A stretch of 64,000 bases of DNA from Octopus bimaculoides. Its lineage: Eukaryota. Made by a program: the position numbers and the translations under genes. The notes beneath the pieces are model-generated. The model ran no database searches and had not been told where the DNA came from. It saw only the letters and a program-made list of their open reading frames with translations. Shown here piece after piece: positions 14,545-28,485 of the stretch. The DNA is taken from assembly GCF_001194135.2 (NCBI RefSeq), contig NC_068986.1, positions 30,703,131-30,767,130 on the forward strand, in the 5' to 3' direction. The first letter of the stretch is position 1, and each line of letters starts with the position of its first letter.

Positions 14545-14933
14545 GCCCGCCTCGGAAACCCCATCCAAACGTTTATCAACTGCCGTGATCGCAGATCCAG
14601 CTGTGGTCATGTCTCCCGATAAAGAGAACACTGGCAACGTCAGAAGTAGTAATAGCCAAAATACCAGTAATACTGGTGGCAGTAATAGCAGCAGCAGTAA
14701 CTGTACAAGTGTAAACCACAGCTCGTCAACAAACAACAACAACAGTAGCAGCAGTAACAACAACACTCCTTCTATAGCAACAAACAATAACAACAGAATG
14801 AGCAGTAGCAACAACTCTGGTGGTGATGGCAATAATAGTTCGGGTATGTTCTCCAGAAGGCGGTCTACGCGGCACCGAAATTACTTGAATAGATCCCAGC
14901 TCCATAATACTCTCGAACTGCCTGGAGGATATG
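14545..14933 (+). CDS. SMURF2: SMURF exon with Asn/Ser-rich linker and start of WW2
   Basis: tttag/…/gttagt; PASETPS…RRRSTRHRNYLNRSQLHNTLELPGGY, compare human RPASE…RHRNYMSRTHLHTPPDLPEGY. Confidence 0.93.
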
Positions 14934-16746
14934 GTTAGTACACCACTTGTACTATAATCAACGCTTTAGCTTTATATATAATGAAATCAAATAAATATAA
15001 AAGAAGTATATATTTTCTTGGCCATAGTTTAATTCAAAGGAAAACAAAAAAAAAAAAATCATTTTATCAATGTCATTGTATTTGAAAGCATGTCTAACTT
15101 TTTTGGCGGGAGTTCAGATCTTTAGTTTTTGTTTTTTTTTTTTGTTTTTTTTTCACAGTTCTTTCTTTTTAATTAAATGAACATTCTAGCCAAGAGAAAC
15201 TGTCATTATAATTGAGTCTAGACTACAACGTTCTTTGATGGAGATACCATTTCCTAACAAGTTATGCACTAACAGCCAACAGGCAATTCAAGCTCATTTC
15301 ATTGCTTTTTTTTTTTTTTTGTGGGTTTTCTTTTGCATATTCATTTTCATATTCATTTCCTTTTGATTTACATATCCTGAAACTTAGTCTATCACAAATT
15401 ACATTAAATGATATAATTATTTTAAAGTCTGTCTGAGCAGGATTTAAATGCTAACATACTTTTTTCTTAAAAAAAGTTGTGTTGCAACGGAGCATATTTA
15501 GAATAAGATGGCAAAACAGAAAATAGGTGCATATTTCGTTCCATAAAATTTATTCAGATTTTTTATATTTTCTCACATATGTGTTATCCATTGTTAAGTG
15601 CTAGCAACTTCTTGTAGATTATCTAATCCTCATGTCATTGCAATCATTTCTTGCATGCGTCTGCTGTATAACTTGTCTCCATTCATTTTTGTATTAGTGT
15701 CATCTCATCTGTGAGGGCCGATGTCCTGACTTGAAATATTTCTTGCTGTGAAATCTCATTAGACTTTCTACTTCTGCTAAAATTACCTTACAAAATTTGT
15801 TCCATACAAGCAGGTGTCACAACTAAAGATCTTCCCCACCTTTTTTTTTTTCATCTTATAATAGTTTTTATTCAGAGTTCCTGCTATCCTAGATGAGTTT
15901 CTGACACTTTGGTTTGTGGGTCCTGTGTGTGTCTCTCTCTCTCTCTTTTTTTTAATAATGCCAGCCAAATGTCTTGTCACCAATGACTTTACAGTTCTCT
16001 TTATTTTGTTAGAACCTCATATTGTTTTCTCTGGGTTTTGTAATTAGACTAATATCCAGAAATATATAAATCTAAGCCTATTATTTGTTATCTATTTGGT
16101 TTTTGCTCGTGTTCATAAAAATATTACACCAATGACTTTAAGATCCATAGTGATTGCATATAAAGGTCATAGAATGTATTTTATCCATTCTATCCATCCA
16201 CCCTTTTTTTATCACCCACTATTCCTGAAAGAGTTGTATGATAGGATCCTCAGACAATATAGCTTGATTTTTAGCCTGTACCTTTATAGCTTTTGTCTAT
16301 TTGTTTCCACAGCAATTCTGTTCATAGAGAGAAAGGGTTTCATAGCTAAACAACCAATCTTTGTTGCTTTTGGGGCTACAAAAGAGTTTAAAGTTCTAGT
16401 GACCTACTAACCTTTATATTTTATTTAATAAAATTATTCCTATACTGCCTGGAATTTGACCAGGCACTTGTCTTTACGGTTTAACTTTTGCTGATTTGTT
16501 GCTGCTGTTGTACCTTTCACACAACTTTAACTATCACTAAATAACAGTTACTGTTCCTTGGTGTGTTTGCATTCTCTTACACACACACCAATCACACTTC
16601 AGTGCTTTACCAAATTACAGAAATATATATTAACTGCTTCCTAACATCAATTATAAATTTGGTTCAACTTATGCAGTAATGCAATTCTGACATTGTTTTA
16701 GTGTTTGACTTTTAACCAAATAAATATTGTGACTTTCTCTTTACAG

Positions 16747-16831
16747 AGCAACGAACAACACAACAGGGTCAAGTTTATTTTCTACATACACGAACTGGAA
16801 TTAGTACATGGCATGATCCCAGGGTTCCAAG
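16747..16831 (+). CDS. SMURF2: SMURF WW2 exon
   Basis: tacag/…/gtaaac; EQRTTQQGQVYFLHTRTGISTWHDPRVPR. Confidence 0.96.
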
Positions 16832-17899
16832 GTAAACACCAAAATAATTTATACTTGGTATATTTCTATTTACATTCTGTTATCAATTGTGCATCAATTT
16901 TATTTCACTAATTATGATTCTAGAAGCTTCTACATTTCATTACTGACATTGTAGGTGCAAGCAGAGCTGAGTTGTTAAAAGGTTTGCTTTGTTCAGGGTT
17001 TGATCCTGCTGTGTAGCACCTCATGTATATGGCTTCTGTTAAACCCTCAGATTCATTAATATTTTGTGGGCAAAATTTCATTGGTGAAAACTGTGAGGAA
17101 GTCTGTCATGTGTATTTAGGCACCTGTGTTTTCCTAAACTGGTGTTAATCAGTTTGTTGAGTTGTGTCCCTTTACATGAAAACTAGCCAGTCCGATCGAT
17201 GGAGATCAATGAAATAAGTACTGGGATCAATATGGTTGAGTAAAACCCTGAAGGCAGTGTCCTAGCATGGCCACAGTCCAATGATTGAAACCATCAAAAG
17301 AGTATGATTTGTGCTGAACTTTTATGAATATTTAGGTCACATCAATACATATATCAATATGATATATAGGAGAGAGAGAGAGAAAACAGCTTACTACTCA
17401 TGTTGCTACTTATGAATTGTATCATCTATTTCATCACTGCACTGATGGGTTCAAACCTGGCTATTGGTACATGTTGCGAAGGACAACAAATATTTTGAAG
17501 TGGTGGTGGCAGCAACAGTGGTAGTGTTCTGTTTTTAAGGTTTTGTTTCATCATTTCATTTCTGTTCTGCTATTAACTCTCATGAGGAAAACATGCTGAT
17601 TTATTTAATGAAATAATTTAGAAATTTCAGTCTGACATATTTTATAAAATTTTACCAAATAAGGATTCATTATTTTACTAAATATACAAATGTTTCTATT
17701 ATTTAATTTATTTTCATGCTGATCTAAATGTATGCATGGTATAATTCTCATGAGATCTATCAGCACTTCACAATAAAATAAATTCCCATGGCAATCTTTA
17801 TTAGAAAAACTATGATTTCTAAAAATTCATCATTTTATATCCTTCTGTGGGTTGTTCAGTCCAAGAGGATCTGACAAGTTAGAAGATTGTGTCAGGCTC

Positions 17900-17945
<46 letters not shown>

Positions 17946-18009
17946 TTTTTTTTTTTATAAAGAATAAAAAGTTTAGAATGGTACAACAATGCACTATAAA
18001 ACAAAAAAT

Positions 18010-18290
18010 GGACTATATACCTGTTGTAATTTGGTTATCTATAGTCCGATGATATTTCGGAATTACAATTCCTTCTTCAGATCTTCTTAGATGGAGTCTC
18101 TGCTATAAACTGTTTTCCAATGATTTTCTGTTTTTTCGGAAGCGTCTCAGTAGTGTTCTCACAAAGCTTCTTCCAGAATTCCTCATGAGAAGTACGTGAG
18201 GTTGGCTTTTTAATGTTATTTCTGCTTTTGTTTAAAATTAATTTGTACTTGTAGAAGTTTTTTTAAATGGATAAATCTTGGTGTGGTAAC
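18010..18290 (-). mobile_element. Probable Penelope-like retroelement 3' remnant
   Basis: Carries the hammerhead; the upstream minus-strand frame gives KIYPFKK, weakly like the GIY-YIG C-terminus of PLEs. Confidence 0.4.
18037..18092 (-). ncRNA. Minimal type I hammerhead ribozyme motif (Penelope-like)
   Basis: Minus strand: atcta-agaa-gat-CTGAAGA-a-ggaat-tgta-attcc-GAAA-tatc-atc-ggacta-tagat. Confidence 0.55.
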
Positions 18291-18337
18291 ATTCATTAAA
18301 ATTTTTCTTTGTTTCTTTTTATTAATTTTTAATTCAG

Positions 18338-18502
18338 AGATCTTACAAATGTGTCTGAAGAAGAACTAGGTCCGTTGCCACAAGGCTGGGAGATTAGATA
18401 CACAGGAGCAGGACGCATGTATTTTGTGAACCATATCAATAGAACGACACAGTTCACTGATCCTCGCCTCTCAGCCAATATTGGATTGATACAACAGAAA
18501 AT
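18338..18502 (+). CDS. SMURF2: SMURF WW3 exon
   Basis: ttcag/…/gtaagt; [47 protein letters not shown]. Confidence 0.96.
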
Positions 18503-18721
18503 GTAAGTTAATTTTTAGAAAACCATCAAATATTGCCAAATATCAATTTTTGTAGTCCAATAGCTTAGATTTGGGGGCAAGAAAAGACACTTGATGAGGA
18601 TTCATATGAAAATTTTTATGGATTAGTTTGTTAGGGCGAACGTCATTAACCATATAATTACATCACATCCTTGTTTATTCATATATATTTCTCCACTAAT
18701 ATTTATTTATTTTTTTATTAG

Positions 18722-18878
18722 GCAAATTGCTGATAAAGAGAACAGTGCGCCTGGGCCTTTACCAAAATATAAGCGAGACCTTGTCCAAAAGCTGAAAGAG
18801 TTACGACGTCAACTTAATGATCTTCAACCTCAGGCTGGTCATTGTCGATTGGAAGTATCAAGAGAAGAAATATTTGAA
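18722..18878 (+). CDS. SMURF2: SMURF exon (pre-HECT)
   Basis: attag/…/gtaaag; LPKYKRDLVQKLKELRRQLNDLQPQAGHCRLEVSREEIFE. Confidence 0.95.
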
Positions 18879-20040
18879 GTAAAGGATCCTTATAATTTTT
18901 TATGATGAATATTTTAAATTTTATAAAACTTGGACGCTGTTTGTTATTGATAGATCTTGCATGAAAAAAGATCAGCTAGAGGTAGTTGATAAAAAGATGA
19001 AAGATAGAAAAGTAAGGAGATATGTCAAGAACTAAGTTTTTGTAGAAAGTTGTTCAACTTGACTCACTTTGAAAAACAGATATAAACTTAAAGACTGAAG
19101 TGTTATGATGTGATACAAGATCATCATTTAATGTCCATGTTCCATCTTGGCAGGGGTTGCTCAGACTGAGCAAACCTATAATCAGTGCCATTCAAGCGGT
19201 ATCTATTTTGTCTTATTTTCAGACAGTCCTGGGAGTGACGAGAAAGAATTGTTATTATTATTATTAACTGGTCAAGTATGGTGGCAAGCTGCCAGAATCA
19301 TTAGCATATTGAACGAAATACTGAGCAGAATTTCTTTTGATTCTTCATATTCAGAGTTCAAATCCCAATGAGTTAAATTTTGCTTTTTATCCTTCCAAAG
19401 TATATACAATAAATATCAATTGGGCACTGGGGTTGATGTAATCAACTAAACCTTTCACCTCAAAATTGCTGATCTTGTGATAAAATTCAAAACCTCTATT
19501 AGCTGGTCAAATGACTAGCAAAGTACTCCTTTGTTAGGTTACATAATCATATTATATCTAATGTGTAGCACATTTTTAACACAAGCATATTAATGTCATA
19601 TGTTAAGGTGTTTAAACCAGCCATATCTGGCCCAGATATTCTACATGTTTTATATTCAAACTGGTGATATCTAACCTCTCATGCCTAACCTACATTGACA
19701 TTCTAAAAATAAACAATCACATCATTGAAACCTCAAAGCTATAAGATAATGCATGATTAATTCAAAACAATTTGAGTGGAAAAGTATTACATTTAACAGA
19801 GTAATCTGAACACTAAAGGGTTAAGATGAAATAAATATCTTAACTGAAAGCTATGTATTGTGGTACTGTCATGGTGGACTATTGGTTGCGTGATCATAAG
19901 TTCAAGTTTTTCTTGTACTATTGTGTTATGCTCTTGAATGAGCAAGGCACTTTCAATGTGCTTGACTGGGCAAAAAACAGGTTAACCCTGTTGAAATTTT
20001 GAAGATAGTTATATAAATAGGGATAACTAACATATGGAAG

Positions 20041-20156
20041 CATCCAGTTAACCTTTATTGCAGTGAATAAACCAAATACAATGGTCAAATAAATACAAGC
20101 ACAGTTTTGCATCCAGTTAACACTTATTGCAGTAAACAAACCAAATACAACTGTCC
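20041..20156 (+). repeat. Two diverged copies of a ~46-nt motif, period 70
   Basis: catccagttaacctttattgcagtgaataaaccaaataca vs catccagttaacacttattgcagtaaacaaaccaaataca. Confidence 0.8.
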
Positions 20157-20593
20157 TCAAATGAGGGCAGTGGGTAAAAACGGGTTATTATTTCATGATT
20201 AGTGCATTCAACCATGCTTACCCTTATAAATATAGAAAAAACAGTAATACACACACACACACACACACATACATATAATGGATTATTATAGCCATTGTAA
20301 TCACTATGCAGTCTTGTCCAAGTGGAGAGATTATTTGTCGGGTTGACAATGTTTAGCATGGGCTTTGTATCAGGAATAGCAAATTTTCATCCTACATAAT
20401 ATTAATCTATCATTGTCTTCATTTTCATGCTGGCATTTTTGGGATGGGACTTTTTTTGAAGAAGTGTCTGATAGTGAGATACTCTTCCTGACACCAACTC
20501 TTTTTAGTCACTGCCTATAATACAGGAAGATGTAGCTGTTCTAAAAAACACAATTAACATGATATTTTTTGTCTTATATCCTTTTCTTTTTAG

Positions 20594-20698
<105 letters not shown>

Positions 20699-20717
20699 TA
20701 AGTGTTTTGATTGGATC

Positions 20718-20725
20718 TCTCTCTT

Positions 20726-20784
<59 letters not shown>

Positions 20785-20835
20785 NNNNNNNNNNNNNNNN
20801 NNNNNNNNNNNNNNNNNNNNNNNNNNNNNNNNNNN

Positions 20836-20918
<83 letters not shown>
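20718..20918. repeat. (CT)n microsatellite spanning gap 20785-20835
   Basis: Direct reading. Confidence 0.95.
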
Positions 20919-21147
20919 AACTATAAGGTTATATTGTCATTTAACTGTACTGCATAAAGTGCAATTTGTAAAGGAGAAATACTACACTTCACTTAGAATA
21001 TTACAATTATGAAGTTGATACTAATGGCTTCATATAATTAATATATAGTAGCCATAATATCAGATCTGTTTGTGATATAAAAACATAGGTTTCACTTTAT
21101 AAGATAATTAGATAAATAATTTGCACTTTGCCAATGTGACATTGTGT

Positions 21148-21365
21148 AGGCGCATGGCTTAGTGGTTAGGGTGTTGGACTCATGATTGCAAGATTGTGGT
21201 TTCAGTTCCTGGACTGGGTGATATGTTGTGTTCTTGAGCAAAACACTTCATTTTATGTTGCTCCAATCCACTCAGATGGGGAAATTGTGATCCCACAATA
21301 GATTGGTGTCCCATCCAGTGGGGAGTATATGTGCTAGAGAAATCAGGAACCTGGCCCTAAGCTCC
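21148..21365 (+). mobile_element. tRNA-derived SINE family C; others near 10981 (+), 5020, 46160, 48960 (-)
   Basis: ggcgcatggcttagtggttagggtgttggactc…gtttcagttcctgg head. Confidence 0.75.
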
Positions 21366-21540
21366 TTATGGAGTATTGTTGACTAACCAGTGTTGCATTG
21401 AGTACTCTTTCAGTTTGTCATCTTGTGTGTGTATATACATGCATGTACGTCTGTGTGTGTGTGTGTGTGTATTTTTCTTGTGATTTACCTTGCATTTACT
21501 TCGCATTGTTTTGGCCTTACCCACGATCCTTTATACAATG

Positions 21541-21690
21541 TGTGGTTGGCGTTAGGAAGGGCATCCAGCTGTAGAAACTCTGCCAAATCAGATTGGAGCC
21601 TGGTGTAGCCATCTGGTTTCACCAGTCCTCAGTCAAATCGTCCAACCCATGCTAACATGGAAAGTGGACGTTAAACAACGATGATATATA
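21541..21690 (+). mobile_element. Young repeat family D with (GAT)n tail; copies at ~24400, 34305, 35249-35663, 52640 (+) and 27832, 29161 (-)
   Basis: gtggttggcgttaggaagggcatccagctgtagaaactctgcc…ggacgttaaacgatgatg; the copies at 21541, 29161, 34305 and 35520 are near-identical, the others more diverged. Confidence 0.8.
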
Positions 21691-21728
21691 TAATGTGATT
21701 ATAAAACTTTTTCAAAATAAAATTTTAA

Positions 21729-22112
<384 letters not shown>

Positions 22113-23117
22113 TGAGTTCAGTCCTCACTAAATAGCACCTTCAGGAAGTATCTTCAAAGCCCTGAACTAACTAAATCCTTGTGAGTAGATTTGGTTGACA
22201 GAAATTGAAAGAAGCATATCATGTGGGTGTTAGTGTATCTTTGTCTTGGCATTGCATGATGGTTGTAAACAGGTGTTGTTGTCATACACTCATTGTTCCC
22301 AATCTTCTATGAAAATATGTCTAGCCATGGGGAAATATTACATTACTCGGAAATAGGTGAAGGTTGGTAACAAGAAGAGTATCAGGCCATTGAAAATCTG
22401 CGTAGTCAAATCCAGTGCAACGGACAGTTAAAAATTCCTTTGGCAATAAGGAAACACTGAGAAATAGTAATCATCTACACATACACGTTGCCATGCTGCA
22501 CTGCAGACAGATTTCTTCTACTATAGCCTCAAGCTGACAAATGCCTTTAAGTGATATTGGTAGATGGAAACTGTAAAACCCCCATTGCGTGTATGTTCTC
22601 ATTATCTTGGTATTATTTTTGTGCTATGTGAACAATGTCATTATCATGTAGGCAGTATCTGCCATAAAAAACATGTTGAATTATTTGTTATTCGTAAGGC
22701 CAGAAGAAGACCTAGTACCTTACTTGGAAAGAAGTGTTGGTGACAGGAAATGCATCTGACCATAGAAAAACTGCCTCAATAAATCTTGTTTCATGCTGCC
22801 ATGGAAAAGTGGACATGAAAATGCTAACAATGGATCAATGGTTGGATGGATGTGGAAATCTTTTTCTCTGTCTTTCTCACTCCGTCTGTCTCTCCACCCC
22901 CCACACCGTCTCTCTCTTGTTCTCTTTATCATATGTCTCTTTTTCAAATTCAAATTGAAAGACTAATAACCTCATAATTATTTTATTTAATTAAAACCTG
23001 ACTAAGACAAAACAAAACAATTTGCTTGCTACTAATGTATTACTCAATATGATATTTTACTCTGCTTTTGGTCTTATTTCTTTAATTTTGAATGAAACAA
23101 TATATTTCAATTTTCAG

Positions 23118-23296
23118 GAACATTTATCCTACTTCCATTTTGTTGGAAGAATCATTGGTATGGCAATATTTCATGGTCACTACATCGATGGAGGATTCAC
23201 CATGCCGTTTTATAAACAGCTTCTGGGAAAACCTGTCACATTAGATGATTTAGAAAGTGTTGACCCAGAACTACACAGAAGCCTTGTTTGGATCCT
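23118..23296 (+). CDS. SMURF2: SMURF HECT exon
   Basis: ttcag/…/gtaagt; EHLSYFHFVGRIIGMAIFHGHYIDGGFTMPFYKQLLGKPVTLDDLESVDPELHRSLVWIL. Confidence 0.97.
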
Positions 23297-23818
23297 GTAA
23301 GTTCCTTTTTTTCTTTTTTTTTTTTTTTTACCCCCATCCCCTGTAATAACAGACAAAATGCTGCTAAACATTTTACCTGACATGCAAACGATTCTGCCAG
23401 CTCTCCACCTTTATTATAATAATAATAATAATTAACCCGTGGCCTTTGCCAGGGGTGTAGCCAGCCCACTTATGTGTACCTTTCCTTCTTTGGACACAAA
23501 ACCCTGCTTGCAAAGACCTGTTGAGGCAAGTGAAATCAAAATCGAAGACTGGCACCCATGCCAACCTTCCTTCATTGGACACTAAACTCTGCTAAAAGAT
23601 AGGTGATAATGACAAAGTGAATTTATTCAGTACCTGGAGAGGACACTTATCCTTTGTGGGCTAAGTGATCCTGAGTTCATTGGATTCCTTGGTTAGTTTC
23701 TATGTTATGAGGAATGTATATTTATCTCATTGAATTTCCATGTAAATCACACACACTTCATGTCACCTATCTTTGTAATCTCCTGCTTGTTTGATGATTT
23801 TATAGCAAATAAGAGGTC

Positions 23819-23861
<43 letters not shown>

Positions 23862-23959
23862 GATAATAAAGAATATTTGTTCTAGTTAAAGAAAGTGGAA
23901 ATGTAGAAGTTGAATTATATGATTTTTTAATATTTTTTTTCTTTTGTCATTCTTTTCAG

Positions 23960-24097
23960 AGAGAATAATATCGACAGTGTTCTGAACCAGCCTTTTTGTG
24001 TGCAGCATAATTCCTTTGGGCAAGTACAAGAATATGAACTGAAACCTGGAGGAAGAGACATAGAAGTTACAGAAGAAAATAAAAGAGAATATGTTAG
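23960..24097 (+). CDS. SMURF2: SMURF HECT exon
   Basis: ttcag/…/gttagt; ENNIDSVLNQPFCVQHNSFGQVQEYELKPGGRDIEVTEENKREYVR. Confidence 0.95.
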
Positions 24098-26319
24098 GTT
24101 AGTTAACAGTTTCTCATGTTTTCTGTTACAGAGTTATGTTTAAAAAATAAACTACCAGACTATTTAAATTTCATTGTAGATCTGTAGATATTTTTGATAT
24201 ATTAGTTTTGTGAGAAACAATGGTATTTCCTTTTTTTTCTTTTTTATATTTTATTCTTGTTGTTACAGAAAACATTAAGAAATATGCTGCTTTGTTGTCC
24301 ACTATATTTTGTACAATTTAGTTTTTTATCTTCTAACATAAGTTTGTGCCTTAGGAAAAATAAATAAAAGCAATACATTCTTGTATTTATGTCTGGGGTG
24401 TGTCCTCTGCTAGTGCCACATAAAAAGCTCCCAGGCCAGTGTCACATAAAAAGCACCCAGTACACTCTGTAAAGTGGTTGGCATTAGGAAGGGCATCCTG
24501 GCATAGAGACCATACCAAAACTGACAGTTGGAGCCTAGGCAGCTCTCCAACTGACCAGCTTCTATCAAACCATCCAATCCATGTCAGCATGGAAAATGGA
24601 TGTTAAATGATGATGATGGTCTGTGTTCAGGCCACTGGGGAGCTGCCATAAATGTGATCTGCTGAATATTGTTGTGGATATCATACAATAGTGAATCACT
24701 ACTTGTGCTACAGCTGTCAGCAAATGGAAAATTGCAAAACAAAATGACAATTGCTGTGAAATAGCAAGACTTTTTGTTGTATAATTTGTGAGTGTGTTCT
24801 ACTTGGTTTTTAACCCTTTTGTTACCATATGTCTTTTGAAATACACTCAATATCTTTCCTCTCTGTTCTAATTTGGTAGGATATGATTCAAGGGAATTTG
24901 GCTTCCATTTCTGGCAGACGGAGTGACCGCTTGTTAGCTCCATCCTTAACGATAGTTAATTGTTATAACTACAATGAATATATTACAGATACCTTTTTAA
25001 CCACCTCTGTTAAGGTGAAAATCAGATGGTCTTCTCTAGCTTTGTATTATCTATACTGATTCCACTCTTTTTTTGTTTCATATGTTTCTATTTAAGCTAC
25101 ATAAACAATGTTTATCATTGGTGTTTATTTTAAATCTAAATAAAAATATATTGTCTAAAAATTTTATAAAATAGTTATCAGATGTTCAGAAAATCTGTTG
25201 TACACATTAGTCTGGGCTTTTATTTATGCTTAGTTTTTATTATATTTTATTTATTTATTCTTTTGTATGATATATTGTAGAGAAATTGCAAAGGGAATTA
25301 ACTTTTTAAAAATGCTTGAGATAAGTTTGGATAAATGTTATCAAATCTACTTCTAATAAATCTGGAAATGTAATTAAATCTTTTATTATTTGCTGTAGAA
25401 AAACTCATTGGTGTGTATTATTGTATGTTAACTGTTGTAAGAAAATAATTTAGAAAGCTAAATTCCAACATGACTTTGAAGTTTCTGATAATGCCATTGC
25501 ATTAGCGTATGAGAAAAATAAAAATTTTAATTTACAATACGTAAAAGGTTTATGTGTAGTAGACTTAATCTGTTGCCTAATTTAACACCACCACCACCTG
25601 GCTCTTGGTTGACTTTAGAGGAGTCTCCACTCTCTTGCATGTACTTATGGTGAGATCTCCAGTCTGAATATAAGTACTTGCCTTCCTCTTGCTAGTTTCA
25701 CAGACCTTGAAAAGTCTTGAGAGATCTGCCATTCCTCTTGATTAAACTATTAAAAAAAATACAATGCTACTATTGTTCATCATTTTATGCCCACTTTCCA
25801 TGCTGTCATTGGTTTTGGCAGGTTGCCACACTCGGAGCAAGCATGTATTTGATAGTACTGTTCACATAGATGGATTAGAGGACTACATTTCACTTATCTA
25901 ATTCATTTTTGACTTGGTTTCTATGACTGGATGGTTATTTGTGCCACCAAGACTAGAGAGGTTGTCAGATCTTTGACATGACTAAAAGGAGCTTCTTACT
26001 TCATTCCCACTTCTCTACTTGCTTGTAAACCATTTTACAAAGTGAGAGGCACAAATAATAGTGATAAGTAGGTTGTATGTTAGGGATACTCGGTATTCTA
26101 AGACATACATTTAGTGCAACATGACTAAGGAGATGGAATGACAACAAAAGTCAGTATGACCCAGAGTGTGTTGGTGAAACAGGAAGAAATATATAATGAC
26201 AGACTGTAAGGCAGGATAATGATTGAGAGTTCAAGAGGGAAGGGTGAAGGCAGTTTACAATAAATACTAATTAAACTAGCTAATGATATGAATGTAAACA
26301 TCACTAAAAAATAAATTAA

Positions 26320-26538
26320 CCCATTAGTGTTTAAACTAGCCATACCCAGCCAAAATAGTCTTCCTGATTTATCTTCAAATTGGTCAGATATGGTCTTTCA
26401 TTGCTACCTTATAGTGTCATTTTAAAAATGAACACTTGCATCATTGAAATCTCAAAGCCATGAAATAATGCCTGGTTTATTTAAAATGGTGTGAATACAT
26501 AGGCCTTACATTTTGACAATAATCTGAATGCTAAAGGG
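26320..26538. mobile_element. piggyBac-like (TTAA) MITE; relatives at ~12567-12739, ~19603-19820, ~43755-43950, ~46750-46945
   Basis: TTAA|ccc…ggg|TTAA ends; shared internal motif catcattgaaatctcaaagc…ttacatttgaca. Confidence 0.7.
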
Positions 26539-26615
26539 TTAAACACTTTGTTCAGAAGCATACATATATTGAGTTATACACCAGGTTGTTAGTATTGCAA
26601 TGCCTAAGTGAGATA

Positions 26616-26657
<42 letters not shown>

Positions 26658-26885
26658 ATAATATTAGGGACAAAATCCAAAATTACAGGTAAAAATTCAA
26701 TTAAAATCAATTTATAAAAAATTAAAATTAAATTGAGCTTTATAGATAAAATATTTATATATATTATATACACACACACATATGCTCTTCTTGTTTGACA
26801 TTATTGTGTAGGTAACACCAAGTTTAACGTTTTTCTTTTAAATTGTCAATAAATATTGTTTTTTGTTTTGTTTTGTTTTTTACAG

Positions 26886-27006
26886 GCTCTATGTAAATTG
26901 GAGATTTATGCAAGGAATTGAGGCACAGTTCTTAGCTTTACAAAAGGGCTTTCACGAATTAATCCCACAGTCAACTTTGCAGCTATTTGATGAACGAGAA
27001 CTAGAA
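26886..27006 (+). CDS. SMURF2: SMURF HECT exon
   Basis: tacag/…/gtaagt; LYVNWRFMQGIEAQFLALQKGFHELIPQSTLQLFDERELE. Confidence 0.97.
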
Positions 27007-28283
27007 GTAAGTTTTACATTCATTTCATTTCATCCATTCTTGTTTGTTTTTGACTTTTTACTGGTTTTGGTCATTGGTCTGCTGCTGCTGCCTGAGGGCA
27101 CCACCTTCAAGAGTTTTAATCAATCCTAACATTTATTTTAGTCTGTTACATATTTTATCAATTTCTATTTACCAAGTAGCTAAGTTACCTTTTGATGCAA
27201 AGAGACCTCAATACACAATCCTAAATCAGAATTCACAAATACATACACAACAGGCTCCTACAGTTTTCTGTCTTCCTAATTCTACTCACAAGGCATTGGT
27301 CAACTTGACTCAAAGACATTTGTCCAGTGCACTGTATTCTGGAATCAATCCTAGAACTGCTTAGTTGTAAAGCAAACTTCTGCACCTATGCTTTATATTT
27401 TGTTTTAATTTTATTTCTCCATGTAGCTTCTTTTTCTTGTCATAATTTTGACTGAATTGGTCCTTTTTAGTATCACCTTTGAAGGAAATGGAGTTTATAA
27501 TATGGAATTTAGTGAGGTTGTTGTGTTATAGTATAGTGTCGGGGGTGGTTAATCATCAGCATCACCATTTGACATCTGTTTACTATGCTTGCATGGGTTG
27601 GATGATTCAACAGGAACTGACAAACCAAAGACTATGCCAAGCTTCAGTGTCTGCTTTAGCATAGTTTCTATGGCTCGATACCCTTTCTAATGCCATAATG
27701 AATTTTTTAAATGTCTGTTTTAGATTTAGTAATACCCCATTTCAAAATACAGGACAAAAGAAAGAAAAAAGTCAAGAGCACCTTTCTTTCATACTGAGTA
27801 ATCCTACATACAAATAGTAACCAGACATCATCATCATTTAACATCCACTCTCTGTGCTGGCATAGGTTAGATGATTTGGCTGGAGCTGATAAACCAAAGA
27901 GCTACACCAGGTTCCTGTCTGATTTGGCAAGGTTTCTACAGCTGGATGCCTTTCCTAACACCAACCATGCCAGGAGTGTAATGGGTACTTTTACATGCCA
28001 GCGGCACGGGTGCCAAATTCAAAAATGACACGTTTTTGTCCTGCAAACGTTGTGCACCAAATATTTTACAACAATAGTTTGTAGGTTCAATCTCAATGAG
28101 AAAAATTTGTAATATAAGCAAAATTAGATTTCAAGTAAGCAGGTGAAAACTGTTATTCTGACATTACATTTCTTTTGTTTGAGTCTCTTCAAGTCTAATA
28201 AATTAACCAATTATTATAGAAACTATGATTAAATTTTTGGGGGAAAAACTTCTGATGACTTTGTTGTTGGTTTTGTTTTTTAG

Positions 28284-28485
28284 CTTGTGATAGGTGGACT
28301 TGGTAAGATAGATGTGGAAGACTGGAAGATGCACACCAGGTTGAAACATTGTACTTCAGATTCCAATATTGTCAAATGGTTCTGGAGAGCTGTAGAAGGC
28401 TTTGATGATGAAACTAGGGCTCGATGTCTCCAGTTTGTTACTGGAAGTTCACGAGTTCCTCTACAGGGTTTCAAAGCTTTACAAG
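28284..28485 (+). CDS. SMURF2: SMURF HECT exon
   Basis: tttag/…/gtaagt; LVIGGLGKIDVEDWKMHTRLKHCTSDSNIVKWFWRAVEGFDDETRARCLQFVTGSSRVPLQGFKALQG. Confidence 0.97.

Noticed and set aside
14524-14832. Leu-rich antisense ORF resembling a membrane protein
   Set aside because: It is the reverse complement of the AAC/AGC repeats in the Smurf exon.
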